From Eledone cirrhosa (taxonomy: Eukaryota): a stretch of DNA of 64,000 nucleotides. The notes beneath the pieces were generated by a model that did not search any database, was not told the DNA's origin, and was given only the letters and a program-made list of their open reading frames with translations. This document shows positions 1 through 11,455 of the stretch, piece after piece (the first letter of the stretch is position 1; each line of letters begins with the position of its first letter). The stretch covers positions 319,796,001 to 319,860,000 of the forward strand of contig OZ024741.1 of assembly GCA_964016885.1 (NCBI GenBank). Reading direction: 5' to 3'. The translations under genes were made by a program, and so were the position numbers.

Positions 1-180
1 CCCGGTTCCAACGGGATGCCCTGCAACAACTCCAACTTCCACAGCAGTGGCTCTAGAGTCATTACATACAGAAGGGAGGAGAGAGGGCACCCTTGTCGGA
101 TGGACTGCGCGATTTCGAACGGCTCCGAGAGGTAGCCGTTCACCTTGACCCTAGAGCAGATGCGGCTGCTGTGCATGGCA
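1..180 (-). mobile_element. 5'-truncated Tx1/L1-clade LINE fragment (RT region), running off the window edge
   Basis: Reverse complement of ~9498-9677 (RQGCPLS region). Its 5' junction abuts GATA repeats at 181-210. Confidence 0.85.
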
Positions 181-688
181 TATAGATAGATAGATACATG
201 GATAGATGGAAGAAAGACAACGTAATTTAGTGGAGATATGGAGATATGTTTGATAGTGATTAAAGAAAATGTGAAAACTAATTGAAAGTCAACGTAAAAT
301 GATATACGTCAAAGGCCAGAATCATATGCGAGAGATCAAGGGAAATTGGGGATTCAAGTAACTTTACGTATAGTGTTATAATGAAAGAATTTATAAATTA
401 TATATATATACCGAAGCAGATACATCTTAATTATATGTCTTATTATTCTGGAGGTTCATCTGTGTACTAACAGAAACAGCAGACAAGAATCACACACATA
501 TATATGTATATATATTAGTAATAGCACTAACAGTGTGATTCATAACAGAGTTTCCCATGAAGGCACACGCGATACGTTTATGTATAATAACCACGAAAGA
601 GTCTCGATATAAATATCATTTTAACTGTGGTCTTATCACAGCTATATAAGTAGCGAGTGAAAAAGTTCTCTCTCTCTCTCTCTCCCCC

Positions 689-742
<54 letters not shown>

Positions 743-850
743 ACACACACAGACACACACACACACATATATATATGTATATATATATATATTAAAACAT
801 CTAATCTTTTGAAAATTAACTAATTCTGTACAAATCATGTTATATAAGGA

Positions 851-1033
851 AATAATTGTTTCTACTTTTGGCACAAGGCCAGCAATTACCAAGTTCATTA
901 CTGGTACTTTATTTATCGACCCGGTAAGGATGAAAGGAAAAGTTAACCTCAACGGGATTTGAACTCAGACCGTAAAGGGACGTAACTATGCTGGAAAATA
1001 TGGCGTCCGACCCTCTACAGATACTGCCAAATC
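851..1033 (-). mobile_element. tRNA-derived SINE, family A (Meta/MESC-like body)
   Basis: Reverse copy of the consensus with A box TGGCAGTATCGG, B box GAGTTCAAATCC and body GCCTTTCATCCTTACGGGGTCGATAAAATAAAGTACCAG. Confidence 0.85.
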
Positions 1034-1462
1034 AAAGGAAATAATATTAGACATTTGAAGATGCACCTACCTAATACTTTTTATATATCGATACAAATTT
1101 ACACTACACAAAGAAAATAAATTAGTTCAAACAAAATAAATTATCTACATATATATATATTTTAATGAAGGTGGGTTTTCAGAAATGGTCATGATTATCT
1201 AATTAGTTTTTGTACTATCTGTTTTCGCTAAGAATAGCTTCTTACAGTTTCATTTAGATTTGTGCTGGTGTTGAATTTATTTTACACATTGCTGCATGTC
1301 GTGATGAATATATTTTCGACGTGTTGTTATTTCTCGCTTACATCTTTGCTGAGACAAGGTGAGCATCCTATTGTGTCTTCGTAGTCATTTATGACAAGAA
1401 TATAACACACGACAGGGGATGCATCTCTTGTTTGATTATGAATGTAATTAAATGTGTTAGAT

Positions 1463-1771
1463 CAGGCATGGGGAACCTTTTGTGAGAAGCGGGTCGCATG
1501 AGGTATGGCTCATCATCAGGTGGGCCGCAAGCGCTAATTCACATTCATGCCCACATTAAAAAAAGGGCGGTAACTCAGGTTGTTTTGATTTGTTTCTTCA
1601 GAATTCGTACACGTTGTTTTCCTCGATCATAAAAATCATAGAAAGATAAATTACGACTGAAAAGTTGGGATATGACTGAAAAGTTGGGATAAAAAAATCA
1701 GAAAGATTTCATTTGGGTGACTTAGGTGAGTCATTCAGAAAGCTTCGTGGGCCGCAGGTTGACACTGACTG
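1463..1771. mobile_element. Non-autonomous hAT-type MITE
   Basis: CAGGCATGGGGAAC...GTTGACACTGACTG ends, subterminal GGGCCGCA motifs, and a perfect 8-bp TSD TGTTAGAT (1455-1462 / 1772-1779). Confidence 0.8.
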
Positions 1772-2330
1772 TGTTAGATTGTGTACGGTGATTGTTCGGT
1801 TTGTATTTGGTTATAAAGTACATATCCTTTTTAATTCGTTGTTTTTCTAATGTTGAATAGCTACATTGATAGAATGGGAAAACATCGAAATTTGGCAAGT
1901 TCGTCCTCAGCTCCTCTCTTTATGTTGACTCAGAGGAATTGTTCTGCTTCACGTTTCCCCGATTTGTTGACTGTTTATTGTCATACTAAGACAACAATAA
2001 GCTAAACACCGCGATTCATCGTCGTCAATGGCGGAAGAACGCCCGCGAATCTCATTATATTCAAGAGGAGATTTAACTTGACGGAACTATCGAAACCAAC
2101 ATTTCACTGAACGTTCATCAACATTTCCTTGGCCCGAAAATTCATTCATAGTTCTAGTGGTTGTGCGGCACAACAACCGAGTTAATGTTATGACATCTTA
2201 ACTTCAGAGATCGAAAAATTGCCAAAGATACAGGAAAGAGCAAAGTTTGGAGGAAGAGGAGATTCGAAAAAGACCATATCTTAATTCGTACAAATCTGAA
2301 GCAAAACTGTTTCATTATTTGGAAGGATGA

Positions 2331-2955
2331 GAGGTTAACTTTGCCTTTCATCCTTACGGGGTCGATAAAATAAAGTACCAGTAATGCACTGGGTAATTGC
2401 TGGCCTTGTGCCTAAAGTAGAAACAATTATTTGGAATTGGCAGTTACGGCCCTTGCCATTCTGAGTTCAAATCCCGCCGAGGTTAACTTTGCCTTTCATC
2501 CTTACGGGTTCGATAAAATAAAGTACCAGTAATACACTGGGATAATTGCTGGCCTTGTGCCAAATATATAAACAATTATTTGGAATAGTCAGTATCGGTA
2601 GAGGGCTGGACGCTATGCTTTCTAGCATAGTTACGTCCCTTTACGGTCTGAGTTCAAATCCTGCCGAGGTTAACTTTGACTTTCATCCTTATGGGGTCGA
2701 TAAAATAAAGTACCAGTAATGTACTGGGTTATTGCTGGCATTGTGCCAAAAGTAGAAGTAATTATTTGGATTGTCAGTATCAGGAGAGCGTCAGACACTA
2801 TGCTTTGCAGCATAGAGTTTTGGCTCATTATTTTTGAGATCAAATCCCGCCGAAATTAACTTTGCCTTTCATCATAACGGGGTCGATAAAATAAAGCACC
2901 AGTAATGCATTGGGATAATTACTGACCCTGTGCCAAAAGTAGAAACAATTATTTA
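2331..2955 (+). mobile_element. Head-to-tail array of about 4 family A SINEs
   Basis: Four successive copies of the GAGGTTAACTTTGCCTTTCATCC...AGAAACAATTATT body, joined at AATTATTTGGA. Confidence 0.85.
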
Positions 2956-3299
2956 TCTGCAGAGAAATGATGATCGGAACAAGTTAAGATATAGTAAATG
3001 TTATTAAAATACGTGACTTCAAAGAACCGAGCAACCCAGTAGACAGAATGAAAGACAGAAAGAAATACAAACATACAGACAGATAGATATATATCGTAAT
3101 TTAGTGGAGATATGTTTGATAATGATTAAAGCTAATTTTTTAATTGATTTAAATCAGAGGTTCTCAAAGTGGGCGCTACCACTGCCGGGGGCATTAAAAA
3201 GGTCCTGGGGAGCCCTGGGGCCTAAGGGGGTGATGAGGGGGTGGTAGCGATGATATAATAGTATATTAAATATCAAAGGATATATATATATAAATATAT

Positions 3300-3474
3300 G
3301 TTTCTACTTTTGGCAGCAATTATCCCAGTGTATTACTGGTACTTTATTTTATCGACTCCGTAAGGATGAAAGGCAAAGTTAACGTCGGCGGGATTTGAAC
3401 TCAAACCATAAAGGGCCGTAACTCTTTGCTGAAAAGCATGGCATCCGACCTTCTACCGATATTGCCAATCCACC
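3300..3474 (-). mobile_element. SINE family A
   Basis: Near full-length reverse copy with A and B boxes. Confidence 0.85.
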
Positions 3475-3591
3475 ATATTATATATAAATATAGTAAAATA
3501 AAAAATATATATTTATTTATACGTAGTATATATGATATTATTTATCATAGTATATATGATTTTATTTAATATATATTATTTACAATTTGCA

Positions 3592-3782
3592 AGGAGGTGG
3601 ATTGGCAGTATCGGTAGAGGGTCGGACGCCATGCTTTGACGCATAGAGTTACGGCCCTTGCCATTCTGAGTTCAAATCCCGCCGAGGTTAACTTTGCCTT
3701 TCATCCTTAGGGGTCGATAAAATAAAGTACCAGTAATGTACTGGGTAATTGCTGGCCTTGTGCCAAAAGTAGAAATAATTAT
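3592..3782 (+). mobile_element. Full-length SINE family A with TSD
   Basis: A box, B box and body present. Flanked by a duplicated ATTATTTACAATTTGCA (~3575-3591 / ~3778-3794). Confidence 0.9.
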
Positions 3783-3982
3783 TTACAATTTGCATGTAGG
3801 CAGCTCTCCTTGGAAATAGGTTATTACGTGGCCGTAAGGGGGTGTGGATGGCCGCAAAGGTTTGAGAATCTCTTATCTAAATGAACGCAAAATGAAATAT
3901 GGTGATGGCCGGAGTCACATGCGAGAGATCAACGGAATTTAGGGCTCATGTAACTCTATGTATAGTGTTGTAATGAAAGAAG

Positions 3983-4150
3983 TTTGCCTTTCATCTTTAC
4001 GGAATAAAATAAAGTACCAGTAATGCACTGGGTAATTGCTGGTCTTGTGCCAAATGTAGAAACAATTATTATTATTATAATTATTATTAAGGGCTGTGAA
4101 TTGGCAGTATCGGTGGAAGGTCGGACGCCATGCTTTCCAGCATAGTTACG
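3983..4150 (+). mobile_element. SINE family A fragments (3' half with ATT tail, then a 5' head)
   Basis: Matches the family consensus in two pieces. Confidence 0.75.
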
Positions 4151-4859
4151 TCTAACTAAATTTTCTAGCCTGTGGCGTTTGAGACCTTTGGGGAAGTCGG
4201 GCTACTGAGTGTGAGGTTCTTATCTTCATTTGTGGCTCGCCTAACCGAGGTAACTGGTGTTGTTCGTGAGGGCGCTTGGTTGTTACAGAACCCCAGCTTC
4301 GCCTTCACTCGACGTAACGCTGCGAGCGTGCTGGCTTGCCTCAAAAATTATTAGAGAGGTATCCCAATGCTCCTTACTGTATTGTTATCTTTTACTCTGG
4401 TAGCTGCTCAGTTGTCCACCCCTTTCACTTGCCCTTTGTTGTATGTGGTCCTAGATGTGTGTATTACCTGCTTGTGTGTTTTTTCTCTTTCTTTCTTTCT
4501 TTCCTTTCCCTCTCCTTTGTTATATGTTTTTTTGTTGTTGTTGATAAGAATAAGTAAATAAGGTATACTTCATTTTACCCTCTATTTCCAAAATTATCGA
4601 ACGCTGCTATCATGACTGCATTTGCATGTGTGTGTTTGAGTAAATGTATGTATGTGTTTGTGTGAAGTATGTATGTATGTCCGTGTATATTTTTGTAAGT
4701 TTGGCTGTGTTTGTGCGATAAGTTATATACTCATACATATAAATGTATGTATATGCACATACATACACACACACACATACGCATATGCACACATATACAC
4801 ATACGCACACGCATACACATACACGTCAGCGCGTTGAAAAACACCATAATCTCTTCATT

Positions 4860-5262
<403 letters not shown>

Positions 5263-5316
5263 CGGTTTCAACACACGTTTTCAGATAAAGAATCTTGCTA
5301 AACAAATTCAGAAACG

Positions 5317-5352
<36 letters not shown>

Positions 5353-5906
5353 GTCACATACTCACTCTATCTAGCTGTATCTTTCTCTCTCTCTAAATAT
5401 ATATATATATATCTGTCACATAGTCATTCTATCTATCTGTATCTCTCTCTTCTCACACTCTCTCTTTCTTTCTCGCTCTGTCTATATATATTTGGTAGTG
5501 ATGGTGGTGATGGTGATGGTGGTGATGGTGTTGCGATATACTGGAAGTATTAACAGTTGAAACTTTTAAAAGAAGTGAATCTTGAAATCAGCAATAAAAT
5601 TATTTATATTTATATCAAGAGTTACGATATTTAATACATAAATTATATAATATTCCTTCATTATTTATTATAAGTAATCCAACTTATTTTACTAACGGGA
5701 TAACAAAATATATTCCGGACACAGTCCCGCACTCCTCCCTTTAATATATTATGATATTCCGTCTTACACATACCTGCATGATCCCGTATCTTACAAGGAG
5801 TGGAATACTGACGTAGAATGCTTAATCATGCTTAAAAAATTTTTTATTGATCGATGCTTGTAACTGCAAAACGAATCACTGATTGATCAATACGACCTAA
5901 CTAGGG

Positions 5907-5949
<43 letters not shown>

Positions 5950-5950
5950 A

Positions 5951-6006
<56 letters not shown>
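5907..6006. repeat. (TATC)n microsatellite at the LINE 5' junction
   Basis: Seen directly. Confidence 0.95.
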
Positions 6007-6008
<2 letters not shown>

Positions 6009-6249
6009 CTCAGCAAGTTACACGCGTGTGTCCATCTCTGGGATGGACACACGCGTGTAACTTGCTGAGTAAGTTCTGTTTAAATTTCTATAGAAATTCT
6101 TGTCTGTAAACTTTAATTAATTTTTGTACCATTTTGTAGAGGGACTGCCAGGTCAAACTTTGATCTGGTCAGTCTGTCAAAATATCCTACGCCTTTAGGC
6201 GAAATAGTTACCAAAAGTTTTTTTTTTGAAAAGTTAACATTTTTTTTAA

Positions 6250-8040
6250 ATGGCTGAAGCTTCTTCACCAAAATTCGAAGGAGGAAAGGGGAAGATAAGC
6301 TTACAGCTTCCCCCTTCCACTGTCACAGTAGCAGAGGTAAAAAACAAAGGTCAGCCAGAGGAATGATTTTCTCCACCTGCTGACCGACAACTTGACGCTG
6401 CCATGGCAACAAACCAAAGAACCAGCGGCACCAGCAACAACAACAACAACAACAATGCTACGGACGAAAACAAGACCAATAACTGTGATAACAACAACAA
6501 TGATAACAACAACACCACCAACTACAACAGCAACACGAACAAGGAAAAGGTCTCCTTCGCCCAGACGGCAAGGAAAACCCTCGACTATCTGCCAGTAGAT
6601 ATAACCAAAGCGAAGGAGCTACTGGCAGATGCCAAAAAATACATAATGTACGGGAAAAATGGTGCATTTTCGACCCCCCCCCCCCGGAACTAAAAAGCCA
6701 GAGACTCCTAAACACTGTCATGTTTAGGACAATCTCAAATAAAAGCAAAAAACCAGCTCAACCATCACAGAGTGAGATAGAGCTGGTTTTAAAAGACGTC
6801 ATGAAGGACATCACATTCATTCAGAAGGACAGACTCTACGGGAGTCTATCCATTCTCATGAAGGACAGGGACACAGCAGTGAAACTGTCCATCAAACCAA
6901 TTACATCCACCGCATACCACTTCTACCCTACGTACATGGGTAGAAGGACACAAAAAATAAAAATCCACACCATCCTGCCGATTATGGACATATGGTGGGT
7001 TTTGACAGGTTTCCTGAACCTGGATGATGACACGCTGGTGTCCATGGGAAAGGCATCGGGTGACGCGTTCAGTGGAACGAGCCACGAACTTGTAGTTAAA
7101 ATGAGGCCCGAAAGGATCGCCCAGATCCCTGAACGCGTCATACTGGATGATCAAACTTTCATCAACATTACCGTTGAGGGTAGGCGGCCCTCGTGTTATC
7201 TCTGTGGAACCAGAGGTCACCTGAGGGCTGTCTGTCCCCAACTTAATAAGAAAACCCCAATCCTGCCTACACCACAAACAACTGCACAACAAACACAACC
7301 ACCACAACCACCACTACAAAAACAACCACAGCTCAAACCAAAACAAAACAATGTCCAACTCATCCCCCCCACTAAAAAAAAAACAATTCCCAAAACACCC
7401 GCACCGCAAACACAACCCGAAAATATACCCCTCCCCTCCAACGCGGAAGATGACCCTCGTTCGTCGTCAGACGAGGAGGAACACTTCCACACAATCAAAA
7501 GAAAAAAAAGAAAACACACCTCAGACACACAAATGAAAACAACCCCTCCCCAAAACATAACACTGACACCAACACAAAAGAGCACACAACAACAGCAAAC
7601 AAAAAACACCACACAAAAACAAAAACATGCATACATATACATAAACACAAGAAACAAAAAACTGTTAAACATTGTGTACAACAACAATTTAATAAAAACC
7701 CAAGGGCCTAACTTCACCCAGGCAGGGGATTTTCCCCACCTCAAAATGATTAAGGCTCCAGAGGATACTTATAAATCTCTAAAAGACAAATTTAAAGAGG
7801 ACGTTCCCCCCCCCCCCCCCCCTGCGTCGGGCCCATTAACCGCGTCCTCCTAAAGAACTACCCCACCACCTCCCCAAACACCCACACACCTCCAAACACC
7901 CCAACCACACAACACACTGATGCCTCTACACTTCCACAAACCACCACCCCACCCAACAACCAATCTCCCACCCTCATGGAAATTGTGCAGCCCGATACCC
8001 GGGACGCAGAGAGGTAAGTGCCTTTTCTCTTCACCACCAA
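6250..8040 (+). pseudogene. LINE ORF1 (gag-like, zinc knuckle), disrupted
   Basis: ATG at 6250 is in frame with ORF 6403-6693, with a TGA at ~6364 and breaks at the poly-C runs (~6674 and ~7806). CYLCGTRGHLRAVC is a CX2CX4HX4C knuckle in ORF 6720-7853. Confidence 0.8.
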
Positions 8041-8041
8041 C

Positions 8042-11000
8042 ATGGCTATGCTAAGAGTAGGCTGTCTAAATGCGCGTAGCCTGGGCTCAACTTGGAAGCA
8101 AGCAATGCTTCTAAATGACCTCAGGTCACAACGTATAGATGTGATGGTTATTTGCGAGGCCCGGATCAGCAACGTGCGACAGCTGGCCCCCACCTTTGAT
8201 GACTTTGAGATGCACGCATCTCTCTGTCAGCCCGGAGGTGGGGTGGGGTGGTCGTTTTGCTGCAAAAAAATCTGGGTCTCGCAACACAAACGGTACATTT
8301 GGACCCGGAGGGTCGACTAGTGGTTCTGGACCTTGGCAGTGGTGAAGGCGGAGCGTTTAGGTTGGTAGCCGCCTACGGCCCTTTCGGGTCAATGCGGCCG
8401 GACTTCTTGCATCGTCTGGAAAATTTTCTAGGGACGTCCCGCTCCTTGCTATTAGTGGGGGACTGGAATGGTATCCTAGATACACGCTGGGACTACGTAG
8501 GGGCCTGTCCCGATAGAGAGGGTTGTAATAGCCTCAAAGGGTTAATCGGTCGATTTGACCTGGCCGATATCGACTAGATTTTCCGACTGCGCCAACCTGG
8601 ACTTAGGCAAATCTCAGCGGATCATCTAGGTCGTACCTAGATAGGTTCTTAGTTAGTAATTAGGTGGGGATCTCTCAAAAGAGAGATTAGAGTAGTCACT
8701 ATAGAATTTAGTAAGGAGTTAGCCTCAAATAGAAATAGGAAGGAAAGGGAGCTGGTAGATAGTGTAGAAGAGGCAATTAGAAGCGGCGACGTGGTCAGAG
8801 TGCTAGTGTCGAGAACCTAAGCAGATGTGCGAGGCTTTTCAAAAGCACTTTGCCGGATTGTTCGGAAGGGGCGGGAGCCGGTTGGGGATGTGGACTTCGG
8901 TCCATACCTCGACGGCCTGCCGCGTCTCTCGGATAGGGAGGCGAAGTCCTACGAGGAGCCGATTTCAGCCGCTGAGATAGAGGACGGGCTAAGCCAATGC
9001 GGCAAATGCAAATCCCCGGGTTTCGATGGTCTTCCATACGAACTGTATCTAGCTATGCCTGACTTGTTCCCCGATCTCCTCGATGCGGTATACTGCAACT
9101 GGCGACAGAACGGGAGAATTCCCTGTGCTGTGACCAAGGGCGTAGTCACGCTAGTGAGGAAGGACGAGAACAAGGGGGACGATATAAATAATTTCAGGCC
9201 CATAACTCTGCTAAATACAGAGTTACAGATTTTGGCCAAGGTGCTAGCAAAGAGGTTGGCACTTGTCGTGGGCAACCTGGTGGGAGATGCGCAGACATGT
9301 GCTATCCCGTCCAAGTCCATCCACGACAACCTCCACCTCATGCGATACATCATAGAGAGGGTTGGGAACGAACCCGGCTTTGGTGGGGCCCTGATAAACT
9401 TGGATCAAACTAAGGCGTTCGATAGGGTCGACCATGGTTACCTGGATGCGGTGCTAGCGGCGGCAGGCTTCGGACCCGTTTTCTGGGTCTGGATCAATGC
9501 CATGCACAGCAGCGGCATCTGCTCTAGGGTCTAGGTGAACGGCTACCTCTCGGAGCAGTTCGAAATCGCGCGGTCCATCCGACAAGGGTGCCCTCTCTCC
9601 TCCCTTCTGTATGTAATGACTCTCGAGCCACTGCTGCGGAAGTTGGAGTTGTTGCAGGGCATCCCGTTGGAACCGGGATTGCGGAAAGCGGTGTCGGCCT
9701 ACGCCGACGACGTAACAGTAATGGTGTCGACGGCCTCGGAAATCGGGACGATCGGCACCTTACTGGAGGAGTACGAAAGGTTTACAGGGGCTAAGCTGAA
9801 CCGGGACAAGTCGATCGGTCTGCAACTCGGCAAGTGGAGAGGCAGATCGATGCCCTCCGATGGCGTCGTCGGGCGCTGGACAGAAGGCCCGGTGAAGTTG
9901 CTCGGGGTCTGGTTCGAACCAGACCTCCAGGTGGAGAAGCACAGGGGTGAGGTAACGAACAGGGTGTTTGCACTGACCCAGAAGTGGGCCGAGTGCAAAC
10001 TGTCCTTGAAAGGTCGGGCGGAGGTGGCGAACACTTATATAGCGTCCGTCATCTACTACTGCCTGACCGTTGTGCATTGCCCAAGGGAAACGCTCGCCAA
10101 AATGGAGCGCGCACTCTTCCAATTCCTTTGGAAGAAGCGGGCTCCTATGGTGAGGAGATCCATCTGCTGTCAACACCCTTCGAAAGGAGGGCTGGGGATG
10201 CCGTGGCTAATGATACGTAAACACGTATTAAGGCTACGGCACCACCAGGTATTCCTCACCGGTCAACCGGTGTGGGCCCCGTTTGTGAGGCGAGCCTTTC
10301 CCAGACTCGTCTCACTCACCGAGCTGCAATCCTGGGTCAAGCGAAGACCGAGAATACTGGGTGCCTGGCACACCGAGTGTGCCCAGGCGCTCACGGCTCT
10401 CTGGCGGCGGATCCGGCTGTCAGTGGAGAATCCACCTCGTCATTCTATAGAGGGCTGGTGGTTAGCAGGTGCGACGACGCCCTCGGAGAAGCCCTAGGCA
10501 TGGAGGAAGACGAACTGGCCAACCTGTTCGGTAGGACATTCAGCCCGGGACCCATGGATAACTTCCAGAGGTTCCTGGCCTGGCAGTGCTACCGAGGGGC
10601 TCTGTCCGTTCGAGAAAGGCTCTACAGACACGGGCGCCGGGGTAGGGACTCCTCGAAAAAAAAAAAGATCTGTCCCAGATGCGTGTGCGACGAGGAAACC
10701 GTTGCACACGCATTGGTACACTGCTCGGGCATTGCCGATCTGTGGGGCTATGTGGAACAACTGCAGTCAAGGGTGGGACCGATCCGGTTGACCACCGAGT
10801 CTATTGTAACGATCACGCGGCCTCCCCTCTTCAAAAACGAAGGAGAGGCGATGTTTCTGTGCGTAATAGCCATGGCGAAAGAGGTTGTGTGGTGGACGCG
10901 TCTGAAAGGACTGAGGTCAGACACCTTTCTCTCTGGCCAACAACTCGTCCGTTTCTTCCGATATCATTTCGGAAGAAGGATCAGGATGGAGAGAGAGGTG

Positions 11001-11087
11001 CTGCACCCCAGCCGTTTTTATGAAAGATGGGTGAAAGTGGCGAGAATGGCCCGTGTGAATGGGCCTTCACTCTACATCAGACTATAG
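8042..11087 (+). pseudogene. LINE ORF2 (APE endonuclease, reverse transcriptase, C-terminal zinc finger), disrupted
   Basis: Motifs LNARSL, GDWN, KSPGFDGLP, FRPITLLN, DQTKAFDRVDH, RQGCPLS, YADD and CPRC..ETVAHALVHC, spread over frameshifted ORFs. Confidence 0.92.
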
Positions 11088-11358
11088 GTGAGGAAGATGA
11101 AAGACCAAGGGACCACCCCCTCTCTGTGCTCCTGAGGAGAAGGGTCGCACACTTTTTTTCGGGGGTGTGTGCGACCCCCCAAGGCGCCTCCTCCCTATAG
11201 AGGATTTTGTTATAAAATTTATTTTGTTATATTTTATTTTATTTTTATACTTTTATATCTTGTTATTGTCTCCTCCATATTGAGGACGCCTTTGCATGTA
11301 AACTCCCCCCTTTGTACTTGTCCCACTTTTGATGCCCTGGTGGCAAATAAAAAGAAAG

Positions 11359-11360
<2 letters not shown>

Positions 11361-11455
<95 letters not shown>
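11361..11455. repeat. (ATCT)n microsatellite between the two LINE copies
   Basis: Seen directly. Confidence 0.95.

Larger units (their letters stand above)
3155..3874. mobile_element. hAT-type MITE carrying two nested SINEs
   Basis: TIRs CAGAGGTTCTCAAA / TTTGAGAATCTCTT with an 8-bp TSD ATTTAAAT/ATCTAAAT. It interrupts a repeat that is uninterrupted at ~221-390. Confidence 0.75.
6007..11360 (+). mobile_element. Near full-length Tx1/L1-clade non-LTR retrotransposon (disrupted)
   Basis: 5' UTR, ORF1 with a CCHC knuckle, ORF2 with APE-RT-zinc finger, and a 3' UTR ending AATAAAAAGAAAG. Both ends lie in (TATC)n. Confidence 0.92.

Noticed and set aside
1160-2150. Possible very old PLE thumb remnant (KYKPNN..YIHNQ) on the minus strand, with a similar hint at 30240-30480
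   Set aside because: Too degraded to support by eye and would need a translated profile search.
3592-3700. tRNA genes suggested by A/B boxes
   Set aside because: There is no cloverleaf, and the boxes are heads of multicopy SINEs.
7217-7744. Cys/Val/Phe-rich 175-aa minus-strand ORF
   Set aside because: It is the antisense of the A/C-rich LINE ORF1 region.
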